Positions 1 to 11,873 are shown, numbered from the stretch's first letter. The stretch: DNA of 52,741 nucleotides from Octopus bimaculoides (GCF_001194135.2 NC_068985.1:13378175-13430915), one strand, 5' to 3'. The notes: generated from the sequence alone by a model not told the origin. A program made the numbers and translations.

Positions 1-55
1 TTTTTAATATTGGTATTTTATCCTTAGCTGCTATATTTTAAGTAAAAATTTTCTT

Positions 56-132
56 GTTCTGAACCTTACCAGATGTAATAAGTTCTGAACCTTACCATAT
101 GTAATAAGTTCTAAACCTTACCAGTGTAATAA
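56..132. repeat. Short tandem repeat, ~26-bp unit x3
   Basis: GTTCTGAACCTTACCAGATGTAATAA / GTTCTGAACCTTACCATATGTAATAA / GTTCTAAACCTTACCAG-TGTAATAA read directly. Confidence 0.85.
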
Positions 133-337
133 CTTGTCCTGTAATTTTCCAGGTTTATAATCTTAAGAATATTATTTCTCTTGCTCGCATTTTTCGATGC
201 AATCTATGTGTTTTCCAGGCTATGCTATTATGCTAATTAAAAATGTGTCAATAAGTGGTCTCGTAGATATAAATTTTTCCTTACCTCAATGACGCCGGTG
301 ACATATATTAAAAGTCCCGTTATAGAACTATATTCAT

Positions 338-671
338 GTTGTTGGCATTCTGTCGCTCACGACGCCGAGGGTTCCAGTTGATCCGACCAACGGAACAGCC
401 TGCTCGTGAAATTAACGTGCAAGTGGCTGAGCACTCCAGAGACACGTGTACCCTTAACGTAGTTCTCGGGGAGATTCAGCGTGACACAGTGTGACAAGGC
501 TAACCCTTTGAATTACAGGCACAACAGAAACAGGAAGAAAGAGTGAGGAGCCTCGTGGAGCTTTAGGTGTTTTCGCTCAATAAACAGTCACAACGCCCGG
601 TCTGGGAATCGAAACCGCGATCCTATCAGCGCGAGTTCGCTGCCCTAACCATTGGGCCATTGCGCCTCCAC
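338..671 (-). mobile_element. tRNA-derived SINE, family C (head type 1), full length with TSD
   Basis: Minus-strand head GGAGGCGCAATGGCCCAATGG (A-box-like) ... GGTTTCGATTCC (B-box-like). Flanked by 14-bp direct repeats AGAACTATATTCAT (324-337) and AGAACTATGTTCAT (672-685). Confidence 0.85.
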
Positions 672-1502
672 AGAACTATGTTCATAGAAAGTATAGAATT
701 ATATTATCACCCTCAAATTTAAGAAACAAATACTCATAACTCCTTTCTTTTAAAAATTCATTGCATGAGATTGACACCATGAAATTCCTCGAATTGAGCT
801 CTATCAATTAAGCTTAATTAAAGTATAGTTTGTTTTTAAAATAAAAAGAGATAATTATAGATAATTATACTTTTTGCCTCACTTATATCTTTTTCGTGAT
901 ATTCTACCACACAACATTTTTATACAAATTTTTGTTGCATGGGAAGGAAACTATGAAATTCTTCATGCTTTCTTCTATTTTTGAAGCTACGATGGATATA
1001 TTTTGCTTTTAAAATAAAAACAAGTTATTTAGATCTAAACTTGATTGGTAGCGTTAATTATTCTCCCATAACGTTGCTACAAGTTTTGATGTAAACTTTT
1101 TATCTACTGGATCAAATCTCAATTTTCTTAATGCCAAAATGTAGCTAGGGACCAGTTCTCTTCAAAAATGCCAACAGCTTTCAATTTGGTTAAGAACTGA
1201 ATTAACGACAAGCTTTGAAATGTGTTGCACGTGAATAAATTGCAGCCTTAAGAATATTATTCAACTACTACTGTAGTTGAATGATAAAATAAATACATAC
1301 AAATAATAAATTTTTTTTTTTTTTAAATATACAGTACTGTTTCTACTTCGAGTGATTACTGTATACATTTGTCGTGCATTTCACTCGCTTTTCCTTTCCT
1401 TTCTCCCCATCTGTTATGTAAATCCTTACACAAATTGTTTTCTGTCGTTGTGATGCCCCACCCCGCCACCTCATCTTTGCCCCGTGGCTAATAAATGAAA
1501 CT

Positions 1503-1629
1503 ATTATTATTATTATTATTACTGCTTTACTTCGCAGAGTCCTCGGTCTTGTTTGTTCTGGTTGATTCTGTGAGAGCGGACAGTGTCTCTTTCCGCACTT
1601 ATAACATTTGATTATTATTATTATTATTA

Positions 1630-1675
<46 letters not shown>

Positions 1676-1698
1676 CATTATTATTATTATTATTATTA
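1503..1698. repeat. (TAT)n microsatellite split by a ~90-bp unique insert (1521-1610)
   Basis: Two TAT tracts flank a non-repetitive segment that runs into AAT repeats on the minus strand. Explains the poly-Ile ORF 1343-1723. Confidence 0.8.
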
Positions 1699-1894
1699 TG
1701 CTCCTTTCTAAGTCATAAATCAAAACATTTGGCAGCAGCTATCGAGTGCACAACCTTAGGAAAAATTGTGCTATAGATTTAAGCTGGAAATAAAAATAAC
1801 TACAAAAGCAAACTCGCGTAATGTAAAGCTGACACACCAACATCATTTCACCGAAATGATTATATATATAACGCCATGTGTATATAACATGCAT

Positions 1895-1908
1895 ATATAT
1901 ATATATAT

Positions 1909-1975
<67 letters not shown>

Positions 1976-2001
1976 TACGCACACATATATATCTACATAT
2001 A

Positions 2002-2052
<51 letters not shown>
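1895..2052. repeat. Compound (TA)n/(AGAT)n microsatellite
   Basis: Direct reading; source of the YI/LSIY ORF artefacts. Confidence 0.95.
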
Positions 2053-2054
<2 letters not shown>

Positions 2055-3644
2055 TATACACATACAGGCGCACACACTCGCGCACACACTCGCGCACATA
2101 TGCGTATGTATATTGTAGCACCAACGAGTTATTTTATTTGTATAAGCTTTTTATGTGCGATTTTGTATAGCAAGGTTTTTTAGTGTAATTTTCTCTCGAG
2201 AGAAAAATGAATAATGGCAAAATTTATCAAATCAAAGATATTAATAACCCCAATAACAGAGGATGTGGGGCCACAATCCCTGACCTTCATTTATCATTGA
2301 ACGAAAGAATTCTTTTGTTGCACTTGTCTGCAGATCGGCTACCGTACAGTGAAAGTTTTCTAAACATGACGAACCGTATTTTTGTGCATTAAGGAGTATA
2401 TTGTCTCGTGCTTCCCCACTTTTAGCAGGCATGCATACAAACACACATGTATATTTACATATATACGTGCACACATATACAAATATATATTTATATGAGC
2501 ATTTATAAATAGAGATATGGTGAAACTTCCTAGTTTGAATCATCCATTGTGTATGTGTGTAAATATTGTGTGTGTGTGTGTATACTGTTGTCAATTTATT
2601 AAGATACCATACCATCTGAACCAATTGTGTTTTTGTTGAATTTTTCTCAATGATATATAAAATAAGATGCGCAGGCGTGTTTGTGTGATCAATAAGTTCG
2701 CATTCTAACCATGTATTTACAGGTCCAGTGCACTTTACGTTTGCCTCTCGCTAGCACTAGTCAACAGGTGTTGGTTTGCTGACGTCCCTTCTGTCAAAGA
2801 GCCCGAACGAATAATCTCCAGTAATTATTATGCAGTAAATATATAGATAACTAATAACAATAATAATAATAATATTAGTGGCCAGCCAGCAATAATACTG
2901 TTAATTGACTAATCAATAAAATTTTATAGTTATCAAATAATGATAATAGAGGGTACACGAAGTACCAGCTTGCTAGAAATAAGAGCTAAAATACTCAAAG
3001 AAGCTATCAAACTCACTGAAAAACCAGCAAAATTCTGGCAGATGAACAAAGAAAAATTCCACGTACTAACTCAGTTGAAAGCTTTGGAACAAGTGATAGA
3101 TATATCTGGACCGTGATTTCGATTTCTGGATTACTCCTCAATTCTCCTTAACAGGTCTTACTAAATACCCAGTGTTAAAATAATATTCGCCTCGTTGTGT
3201 CTGTTAAACGATATAATTATATATAATTATATTAATTATATATAATTGTAATTATATATTATATAATTATATTAATTGTATTAATAATATATAATTATAA
3301 TTATATATCATATGATTATAATTATAATCATATAATTATATATCATATGATTATAATTATTTATCATATAATTATAAGTCCCTTACGACAGCCATATTAT
3401 GTTGGCAATTAAATTTTACTTTAAAGAAATGTTACTGTATGTCTCTCTCTGAGAAATTTAGAAATAATACTGTTTCTATTTATAGATCAGTGGCTGTGTG
3501 TCACGTTGAAATATATATGTTCGAACCGTGAATTCAGCAGCACCTCCTAGCCCAGCAGGTGCTGATGAAGAGCCAAAATACTGAAACTAGTCTACAGATG
3601 CTTTTTGTGCTGAGACGTGGCTTCTGAATTCCCGGTTCGAAAAT

Positions 3645-4109
3645 ATAAGAATTTTTAACACTAACGTAAAAGCGGTGTTATTGTATGGGGCTGAGACATG
3701 ACGAACAACAGTTAAGTCAAATAAGCAAATACAATCATTCATCAACAGGTGCTTGCGTAGTATATTTGAAATTAGATGGCCCGAACACATAAGCAATATG
3801 GAGCTATGGCAAAGAACAAATCAAATTTCGATTAGGGAGCAAATATTTAAGAAAAAGTGAAAGTGGATCGGTAGCACAATTAGAAAAGACACACCAAATG
3901 CAGCGAAATTGCTTTACAGTGGAATCCGGATGGATATCGAAAGAGAGGTAGGCCAAAGAACTTGTGGCGTAGATCAACACAAAAGGAACTAGAGAAGGGA
4001 GGACATTCATGGCAGAGTATAAATACAGAAGCGAAAATTTATGCGACATGGAATTCAATTATAAGTGGCCTATACTCCGTGTTGGAGGGTTAAAGGCAGA
4101 AAAAAAAAA
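3645..4109 (+). mobile_element. RTE-clade LINE, 5'-truncated 3' end (dead)
   Basis: Reads IRIFNTNVKAVLLYGAET*RTT...FINRCLRSIFEIRWPEHISNMELWQRTNQ...KK*KWIG, then LQWNPDGYRKRGRPKNLWRR. These are typical RTE RT C-terminal motifs, with in-frame stops. Ends in an A10 run. Confidence 0.85.
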
Positions 4110-4621
4110 TTATATTTGTTATGAGTTGTGATCTTATGTAAGGGGAAACTAATTCTCTGAAGAATTACAAAAATAATTAGAATAGAATGTTTGGTACAAT
4201 CGCGAACAGACATAAACCACAAACGAAATATAATGAAAACCCTTCTGTTTTAAAAGAATCCATAACATACAAAAGACAGACTGAAATGATGGGTAGTGTT
4301 GATGGAAAGAAAGATAAATTCTAAGAAGAGGGGCAACGTCATAAAAATGCGCTACGAAGAGAATATCTCATTTTGATGATTTATAAAGAAAAATAAATTA
4401 ACAGCGTAGAAACAGACGATAAAGATTTACACTTTACTAAGTAAAAAGCGTAGTATTCAAAGCTGAACTGAAGAGATTCTTGAGTATTGGACAGGATGAC
4501 AACGTATATTCTAGAAATATGTATGGAGCAGAAACTATTACGTAACTGCAGACTATGATTTGAAGAGACAATTTGCGAAATCCGTAAACAAATACGAAAG
4601 GACTCAGAGAATAACACAGCA

Positions 4622-4830
4622 GTAATATTCTAAGATATGCCAATCCACATAGGCAAGGAGATTAAAGATAATCGACTAGGTATTGTAGTCACAGCATACA
4701 GAAAAGCGAGTAATTCTTAATTTGAATATCAGTCCCAACAAAGAATAATATGCGTCAGAAGGAAATGGACAAATTATTCGAATATAAAGATCTATGAATG
4801 TAGAGATGATTTCTAAATGGGAATTAAACA
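4622..4830 (+). mobile_element. Degenerate R4/Dong-like LINE, restriction-like endonuclease (RLE) remnant
   Basis: VIF*DMPIHIGKEIKDNRLGIVV and LI*ISVPTKNNMRQKEMDKLFEYKDL match the WD..I.TD..I..NRPDIVV / LID..P...K..KY.DL pattern. Followed by an (ATA/ATG)n tract at 4837-4937. Confidence 0.65.
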
Positions 4831-4881
4831 ACCCCTATGATAATGAAAATAATAATGATGATAATGAAAATAATAATGATG

Positions 4882-4914
<33 letters not shown>

Positions 4915-4943
4915 GTAATAATAATAATAACAACAACTGTTAT

Positions 4944-5765
4944 ATGTCAATATACAGATAGAGAAATGAAGTTCAATAGGCCGGATATAGTTGTCAAAGA
5001 TCACCAAGAAAAAATGTTTTCTAATTGATGTATCAATACTAACAGATGACAATGTTTCTCTAAAAGAAGAAACGGAGAAACTTTCGAAATACAAAGATCT
5101 GGAAATAGAGGTAACTCGAATGTGGAGCGTAAAGACAGAAACAATTCTTATTATAGTCGGCGCATTAGGTATGATAAAAAAGATTCACACAAATACATAA
5201 CAAAAATACCAGGATTTAGAAATATATATAACATAGCTGCAGGAGTGGTTGGGCGGTAAGTAGCTTGCTTACCAACCATATGGTTCGGGGTTCAGTCCCA
5301 CTGCATGGCACCTTGGGCAAGTGTCTTCTACTATAGCCTCGGGCTGACCAAAGCCTTGTGAGTGAATTTGGTAGACGGAAACTGAAAGAGGCTCGTCATA
5401 TATATGTATATATATATGTGTGTGTGTATATATGTTTGTGTGTCTGTGTTTGTCCCCCCCCCCCAGCATCGATTGACAACCGATGCTGGTGTGTTTTCGT
5501 CCCCGGTAGAATAAGTCCTGGGGTCGATTAGCTCCACTAAAGGCGGTTCTCCAGCATGGCCACAGTTCAATGACTGAATCAAGTAAAAGAGTAAAAGAGT
5601 AACATACAGAAAATAAGACTACTAGGCACCGTACACATCCTACGTTAAATTCTTTCAACACAGTGAAAATAAAAGCATCACAACAAACCACAGCGCATAC
5701 CCAAGGCACACAGAGCTGCACTCGGTAGTGCAGTGAAAGCACGTGATAAAAATAAGACTACTGAA
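4944..5765 (+). mobile_element. R4/Dong-like LINE 3' fragment (RLE domain + 3' UTR), interrupted by a SINE
   Basis: YTDREMKFNRPDIVVKD / CFLIDVSILTDDNVSLKEETEKLSKYKDLEIEVTRMWSVKTETILIIVGALG. Removing the SINE and one TSD copy restores GFRNIYNIQKIRLLGTVHILR. (TAA)n tail at 5764-5835. Confidence 0.85.
5236..5599 (+). mobile_element. SINE family A (tRNA-headed, internal microsatellite) with internal deletion and 7-bp TSD
   Basis: GCAGGAGTGG...GGTTCAGTCCCACTGC head and AAGTAAAAGAGT tail. TAACATA at 5229-5235 and 5600-5606. Confidence 0.9.
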
Positions 5766-5773
5766 TAATGATG

Positions 5774-5807
<34 letters not shown>

Positions 5808-5835
5808 TAATAATAATAATAATAATAAAAATAAT

Positions 5836-5972
5836 GCGCTGTTTATCTTGATATGAGATCACCATGTTGCGCTCATGTGGTTGTNNNNNNNNNNGGTAGT
5901 CATGATGGGTATAATGGGTTTCGTATATTTTACCCCAGTGTCATTTTGATGGCATGCACTGCTCTCTCACTC

Positions 5973-6010
<38 letters not shown>

Positions 6011-6015
6011 TAATA

Positions 6016-6046
<31 letters not shown>

Positions 6047-6430
6047 TATCTTGATATAAAAATAATGTGTTGTTATAGAAGATGGGCTACAGCAAATATT
6101 CTGCCCAGTACCACAGATTTGCTTGTCAGTTGTTTGACCTTAACCAGTTGAGCATGTCCCTTGGTGGCTGATGATATGTGCATCTCTGATCAAGAGCAGA
6201 AGTAGTAGGGGAGCATCATAGCCATGTGGTGAGAGGAATTCTTTGGGTTTGAATAATTCACCTTTGGAAACATGGGTATTTCGTTCGACATCCTCAAACA
6301 ACCTTTTTTTTCAAGGACCTTTTGAGCAGGATGGGCTACTCGACCTGAAGAAAATTCTAGCTGGACCCCACCTGCGAGGTCATGGCTGTTTATTTTGATA
6401 TGAGATCACCACGTTGCTCACATATCAACC
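5836..6430 (+). mobile_element. Two overlapping fragments of a TAA-tailed retroelement 3' UTR
   Basis: GCTGTTTAT(C/T)TTGATATGAGATCACCA(T/C)GTTGC occurs at ~5838 and ~6386. The first copy ends CTCTCTCACTC followed by (AAT)n at 5973-6047. LINE 3' UTR identity is inferred. Confidence 0.5.
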
Positions 6431-6439
6431 ACCAAAATA

Positions 6440-7893
6440 GGTATGGCACAGAATTTGAGATGAATAATAAAGAGATCATAGGAGCAAAAGAAGATATTAT
6501 GAGAGAACTCTGCAAGACTGAGTCTATTGACATCATCAATAGAGAACCACTGGCAAAGTTCTCAAAAAGAATAAAAAACAACATAATCCTGATATATAAT
6601 GTTTCTCTTAGATCTTAAGTAAAAAAGGAAATGAACAAACAACCTTAAATAACCTCATCTATTCCACTGCTAAAGTTGTTACTGCTCAACTAGACATCAG
6701 GACGACAGAGAAAAGGATCAACCATGTCGATAGACCTCCTAAGTGGAAAGTAGCAATAAAAAAAAACAGATTGAACCTCTGAGGGTGGGTGTATCAGTTC
6801 TCGATGAACTTGCTAGAGGAGTAAGTGTTAAGACGAAACGAACTAGAAAAATCAAGCGAAAATAGAAAATCAAAGATTTTATAAACCTCCCTGCAACCAA
6901 GGAACCAAGGATCAATTGATACGACGAATACAACCGAAAGCCCAGCGGCTTTAAAGGTTTGACAAAAAGAATCAAATTTTATCGACAAACCAAGATATTC
7001 AAGATGGATGAATGAAACTGAAAATAGGTGGATAAAGAAAAGAATGCATGGACAATTTGATAGGGATGTTGAAGATGAGACAGAGAGAAAAAAGATGGCT
7101 ATGGATGGCTAAAAGTGATTTAAAACCAGAAACGGAGGCTCTGGTCTGTGCTGCCCAAGAGTAAGCACTAAGAAAGAATTACATGAAATACAGAATAGAC
7201 AACACATCAGAAAGTGCTAAGTGCAGAATTAGTGGACAAAATGGTGAAGCCGTAAGGCATATTACCACTCAATGTACGCTACTAGCCCAGAAAGAATATA
7301 AGAGATGTCATGACAATATAGCAAGGATTGTCCATTGGACGCTTTGCAACAAGTATGGACTTGACAGATCAAAACGGTGGTACGAACATAAACCAGAAGG
7401 CATCATCGAAAATGATGATGCAAAGATCCTATGGGATTTTATGTTTCAGTGCGACCATGGGATAGAGAATAGGAAGCCAGACATAGTCTTAATTGAGAAA
7501 GAAAGTAAACGATGCTGGGTGATATATATAGCGTGCCCAAATGACAACAACGTATGCGATAAGGAAGAAAGAAAAGTCGATAGATATGACAGGTTAGCGT
7601 GGAAGCTTAAGCAGTTGTGGTCGATGAAAAAGGTGGTAGTAACACCAATAATTGTCGGAGCCCTGGAAACAGTGAGTAAAAATCTTGAGAAGTACATGGA
7701 ACAAATAGGGACTGCAATAAGGGTGGAGCACTTGCAGAAAACACTATTGTTTGGAACCGCTCGAATACTCCGGATGGCGCACGAAAAATAAGGAGGTGTT
7801 ACCTTAGTTCACTGGTAGTGAACACCTGGCACCTTAGTACATCTCCAGCGTTAAAAGCTGTGCAAACACAATAAATAATAATAGTAATAATAA
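6440..7893 (+). mobile_element. R4/Dong-like LINE derivative: N-terminal region joined to CCHC + RLE, RT domain missing
   Basis: N-terminal motifs NNLIYSTAKVVT (6648), PPKWK (6735) and KAQRL*RF..RIKFYRQ lead directly to W..KRMHGQF, SDLKPETEALVCAAQE*ALR, CRISGQNGEAVRHITTQC (degenerate CCHC), ILWDF...RKPDIVL...K...Y..L (ORF 7183-7791), then a 3' UTR and AAT tail. Confidence 0.88.
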
Positions 7894-8149
7894 GCGTCTT
7901 CGGAATGATTAGATAAACATGTTGGCGCATACGTTTCTAAAAGCACCAGACATACATTTAGACGCTATATACAGAAAATTCCCCGTCTACGCTCTGAGTA
8001 AACATTACGCAGGCGACATTCGACTGGATCGAAAAAGAAATCTCACAAAAAAGACGGGAAAATGATACACGTCCAGCGTGCGCACAGTTATATTGGGAAA
8101 TAAATTATACAAGAAAAAAATAAGACTGAATGACAATAACACTAATAAT

Positions 8150-8355
8150 CTTTCCAAATTTTGGGACTGTGCTAATGATTTCGGAGGAGGGGATAATACA
8201 ATTGTATCGATTCCAAAGATCAACAGACAGTTATTTTACCGACCCCGAAAAGATGAGAGGCAAAGTCGATTTCGATGATATTTGACCTCAGAACGGACGA
8301 AATGCCGCAAAGCATTCTGCCTGGCGTTTTAACGATTCTACCAGCTCGTCACCTT
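8150..8355 (-). mobile_element. SINE family B, diverged
   Basis: Reverse complement of GAGCTGGTAGAATCGTTA head and GACTTTGCCTCTCATCTTTTCGGGGTCGGTAAAATAA core. Confidence 0.7.
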
Positions 8356-8989
8356 GACAGTAATACTAATAATGAAGTTTTTTTGTGTTGTTAATTACAT
8401 TTCGGATCATTAGAAGTGAGGACAGTATTACGTACAGCAGCAGTACATCAACTGCTAGAGGAAAATGTAAAGAATTCCCTCGAGACAGATAACGTAGTGT
8501 CGGAACGACACACAATTATGGTATAGACTCGTATGAAATATGCTTGAAAACACAATAACATGAATTAAACTGCTGTACATATAACAAGGCGAATATACTA
8601 CGAAACATTACCATACACCAGGGAACTACAAGATAAGGCTTAATATACACTAGAGAGCCATCAAGTATTCAACAATAACAATAATGTTGTAATAAATGCC
8701 AGAGAAATATTATTTGATAGCAATGTTTTTCAGAGACAAACAGAAAAGCTAAGAAAACCATCAATATTTGAATGAAGTATATTATTGCAATTAAGAAATG
8801 TTTTCCTCCGATTTATAATAGTACAAGTGACATCATACGCAACATCTGTAAAGCCTCAAACAAATTACTTGTACGTTTTATGCCAGAAACCTATCGTGAT
8901 TACTTTTAGCTTTCATCGATCTAGGTACAGTAAAATAAAGTACCGCTCAAGTCATGTGAGCTGTGATATCTACTAACAACTTCCTTCGA

Positions 8990-9240
8990 CTCTCTCAGTA
9001 TCATCACCGTTCGTACTTTCCTTACAGTTTTCAATTTCGACTATTGACACCAGTGGTAAGCGCAATGAGCCTTTTTTATGACAGAGAGCTGAGCTGTTCA
9101 ATATCCGAAGTAGGCCTAGACATTTTCTAATGAACACATTACACTTTTGTTCAATGATTTGAACTCGTGACAGTGTTATCTCGTATATTCTTTCCTGGTG
9201 ACCGGATAAACTTGTTAGCATCTGGTATGCAGAGCTTTCA
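8990..9240 (-). mobile_element. NeSL/R2-like (HERO-type) LINE RT C-terminal remnant
   Basis: IYEITLSRVQIIEQKCNVFIRKCLGLLRILNSSALCHKKGSLRLPLVSIVE resembles, from memory, the RKWLGLP..LSS.ALY....L.LP..S..E motif of this clade. Confidence 0.55.
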
Positions 9241-10125
9241 ACTGGTAGCACTTGCATTTGGAAATTGTTTGCAAAACATCAAAGTTGTTTGCAAAATGAT
9301 CGACTAACACCTTCTCGAAATTGCCAACCTCGTGCCTAATCCAGAAATAGTTATATGGCAAACTTACTTTTCTGTGATACTAAAGAAACTGATCGAGTTA
9401 ATTCTGTTAAATTTACCCCTTCAATCTACCATGTAGATACAGGTCCTTCAAATGTTTCTGCTTAACTGCGACTTATTTCTAACCAGTCAAGGAAACCTAT
9501 AATAAAAATGATTTCTAGCCTTAACAATTGTTTCTTATTGCATATATATTATCCAATAAGCCACTCTTTCATGATTTTAATCTGTGGGATTTTATGAAAT
9601 TTTGGCTGTACTTTCTAGCAGTTCCTCTGACCGCTCAAAGTTTCTGACGCGTGTTACCATGTGGAAATTTCCTTGTTTATGTTTAAATTCGGGCCTTATC
9701 TAATAGAGCAGTCCTAAGATAAAAGACATTCCCGCCGTGACTATCTGCCTTTACGTAGATGTGTCCCTTTTTTATATAGACAATAGTGTGCATGGTCTAA
9801 GGGAGAAATTCCTCAATAATCGTTTATAAGGATTTTCTATTTTTAAAATGGGAGGATTGTGTTGTAGAAAAATTATCTTTCATAAATATCTGTACACACA
9901 CAGACACACACGCACAGGCACACACGCACATACATGCACGCACACACGCACACACACACACACACATATATATATATGAATACATTTACAAATACATGTA
10001 AAAGCATTCATTTATACATACAAATATAAATGCATATATATATATATATACATATGCATATACATGCGTGTGTATGTGTGAGTATGCGTATACACACATA
10101 TGCATATACATATATATATATGTGT

Positions 10126-10178
<53 letters not shown>

Positions 10179-10503
10179 GATGTATATATACAATGCAAAT
10201 AATTAGAAAATGGAGAAAACCACAGATTAACCAACATATCGATTGGACCATATTTATAGTTTATTTTTTAATACAAATCATGTCATAACAAAATAGGTGA
10301 GGTAATATATCTAATAAATATTCTAATTATTTGCTTTGGTTCCTGATAAACTCTTGTTTATCCTTTTGTTATCTACACTCTATATGTATGGTGTGCCTGC
10401 ACACCAATGCCCAGGGATAATACAAGTAACGGATCCCGATATCATATACGGCTATTGTATCCATTAGTCGGTTACTATAACCACTATTTACACACACATA
10501 GAA

Positions 10504-10552
<49 letters not shown>

Positions 10553-11294
10553 CTAAGAACTACATATCTGAGTAATACTTGGTGCAGTAAGACGACAGGT
10601 GGTATTATTTGTGGAAAATTTTGTTGCTGTTTCATATCTTAAATCGATCTTCATTGACAGCGTACCTTCCGTCCAACTCAAAATCATATACAAGGTCACA
10701 GTGTGTCTTGTATCGGAGGCTGGCTGCTATATTTAGCAAGTCAATTTACTGCATAGAGGCTGCTTTAGTTATTTTTCCAGCCCTGTCCTAATTCCGCTCA
10801 GTCAGAACTATGACAAAAGGTTATCAAACCGTGACCATCACATCGTTTTGAAGCTCTGCCACTACATCAAGCAATTTAGAACTGCATGGCGTGTGGACTC
10901 AACAAGATTTTACTGTTATTTGGAGCCGCACGAACAATCCCTCAGAGCATCTGTAGGTACTATGCAGACTTAGGCTGTTTTTGATTGGTAATGAAGCGTT
11001 CCATCCTTGACCTTCACATCTTTCTTCTATATGTATTGCAAAATTATCCAATCTGGTTTTCATTCATCATTTCTAAGACAGCTTCTGGTATATCAAAGAC
11101 CGCATTGCCTAATGCGTCCTTCTCACTGCAAGAACGTATCAGTGCGCTACTAAGGGCTTTGGCTGCCTTGTCTAGTAGTTTTCAAACTGTGCGATTTGAG
11201 AGAGATTTGGTTGCTGTATCTACCAGCACATTCTTTGAAGACCGAAGCATTTTAATATCAAGAATTTCTGACCGCTGTGAAGGCGCGTAGATTA

Positions 11295-11580
11295 GAGGCA
11301 AGCTTACTCGGCTTATGAGTTCGATTGCCGGTGGCACGTTGTGTCTGAGCTATACACTTTATTTCGCGTTGCTCCAAGACACCCACCTGGCAAAAATGAT
11401 TTGTACTTGTAATTTTTGAAGGGTCAGCCTTGCTATATTCTGTGTCACGCTGAATTTCCCTATAAACTACGTTAAGGATATGCGTGTCTGAGGAGCGCTC
11501 AGCCTCTTGCAAGTTGATATTACGAGAAGTTTGTTCCGTTGATCAGATCAAGTGGACGTCTTATCTTCGTAACTGACTGT
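11295..11580 (+). mobile_element. SINE family C (head type 2), diverged
   Basis: TTCGATTGCCGG...GTGTCACGCTGAATTTCCC...CCGTTGATCAGATCAAGTGG shares its 3' half with 338-519. Confidence 0.7.
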
Positions 11581-11873
11581 GAACCAGTTATTATCTGGCC
11601 ACTATATCTTGTAGTGATTTGAGAGAGATTTGACTGCTATGTCTACCAGCTCGAACAACCGCTCTAAAGCACCGTCATTCTTTGATCTCAGTTTACTCTT
11701 CGATCATTCCTGCATGAACTTTCGCAATTTTTCGCTACTCACTCAATATATTCTTCAATCATTGCTACGTCGATCGACTTTGGCAATGTTTCGCTGCTCA
11801 CGTATTATATTCTGTTATTACGAAGGACACCGCGTATTAATATTATTTGGAATGTGGGTATCTCCTGAGAAGA

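Noticed and set aside
1343-2099. ORFs rich in I, YI, LSIY
   Set aside because: Translations of TAT, TA and AGAT microsatellites; the same applies to the HT, CV, RE and SL ORFs throughout the window.
3200-3375. AT-only region with a 24-bp perfect palindrome (3310-3333) and short duplications
   Set aside because: Low-complexity ATT/ATA slippage products; palindromes are expected by chance here.
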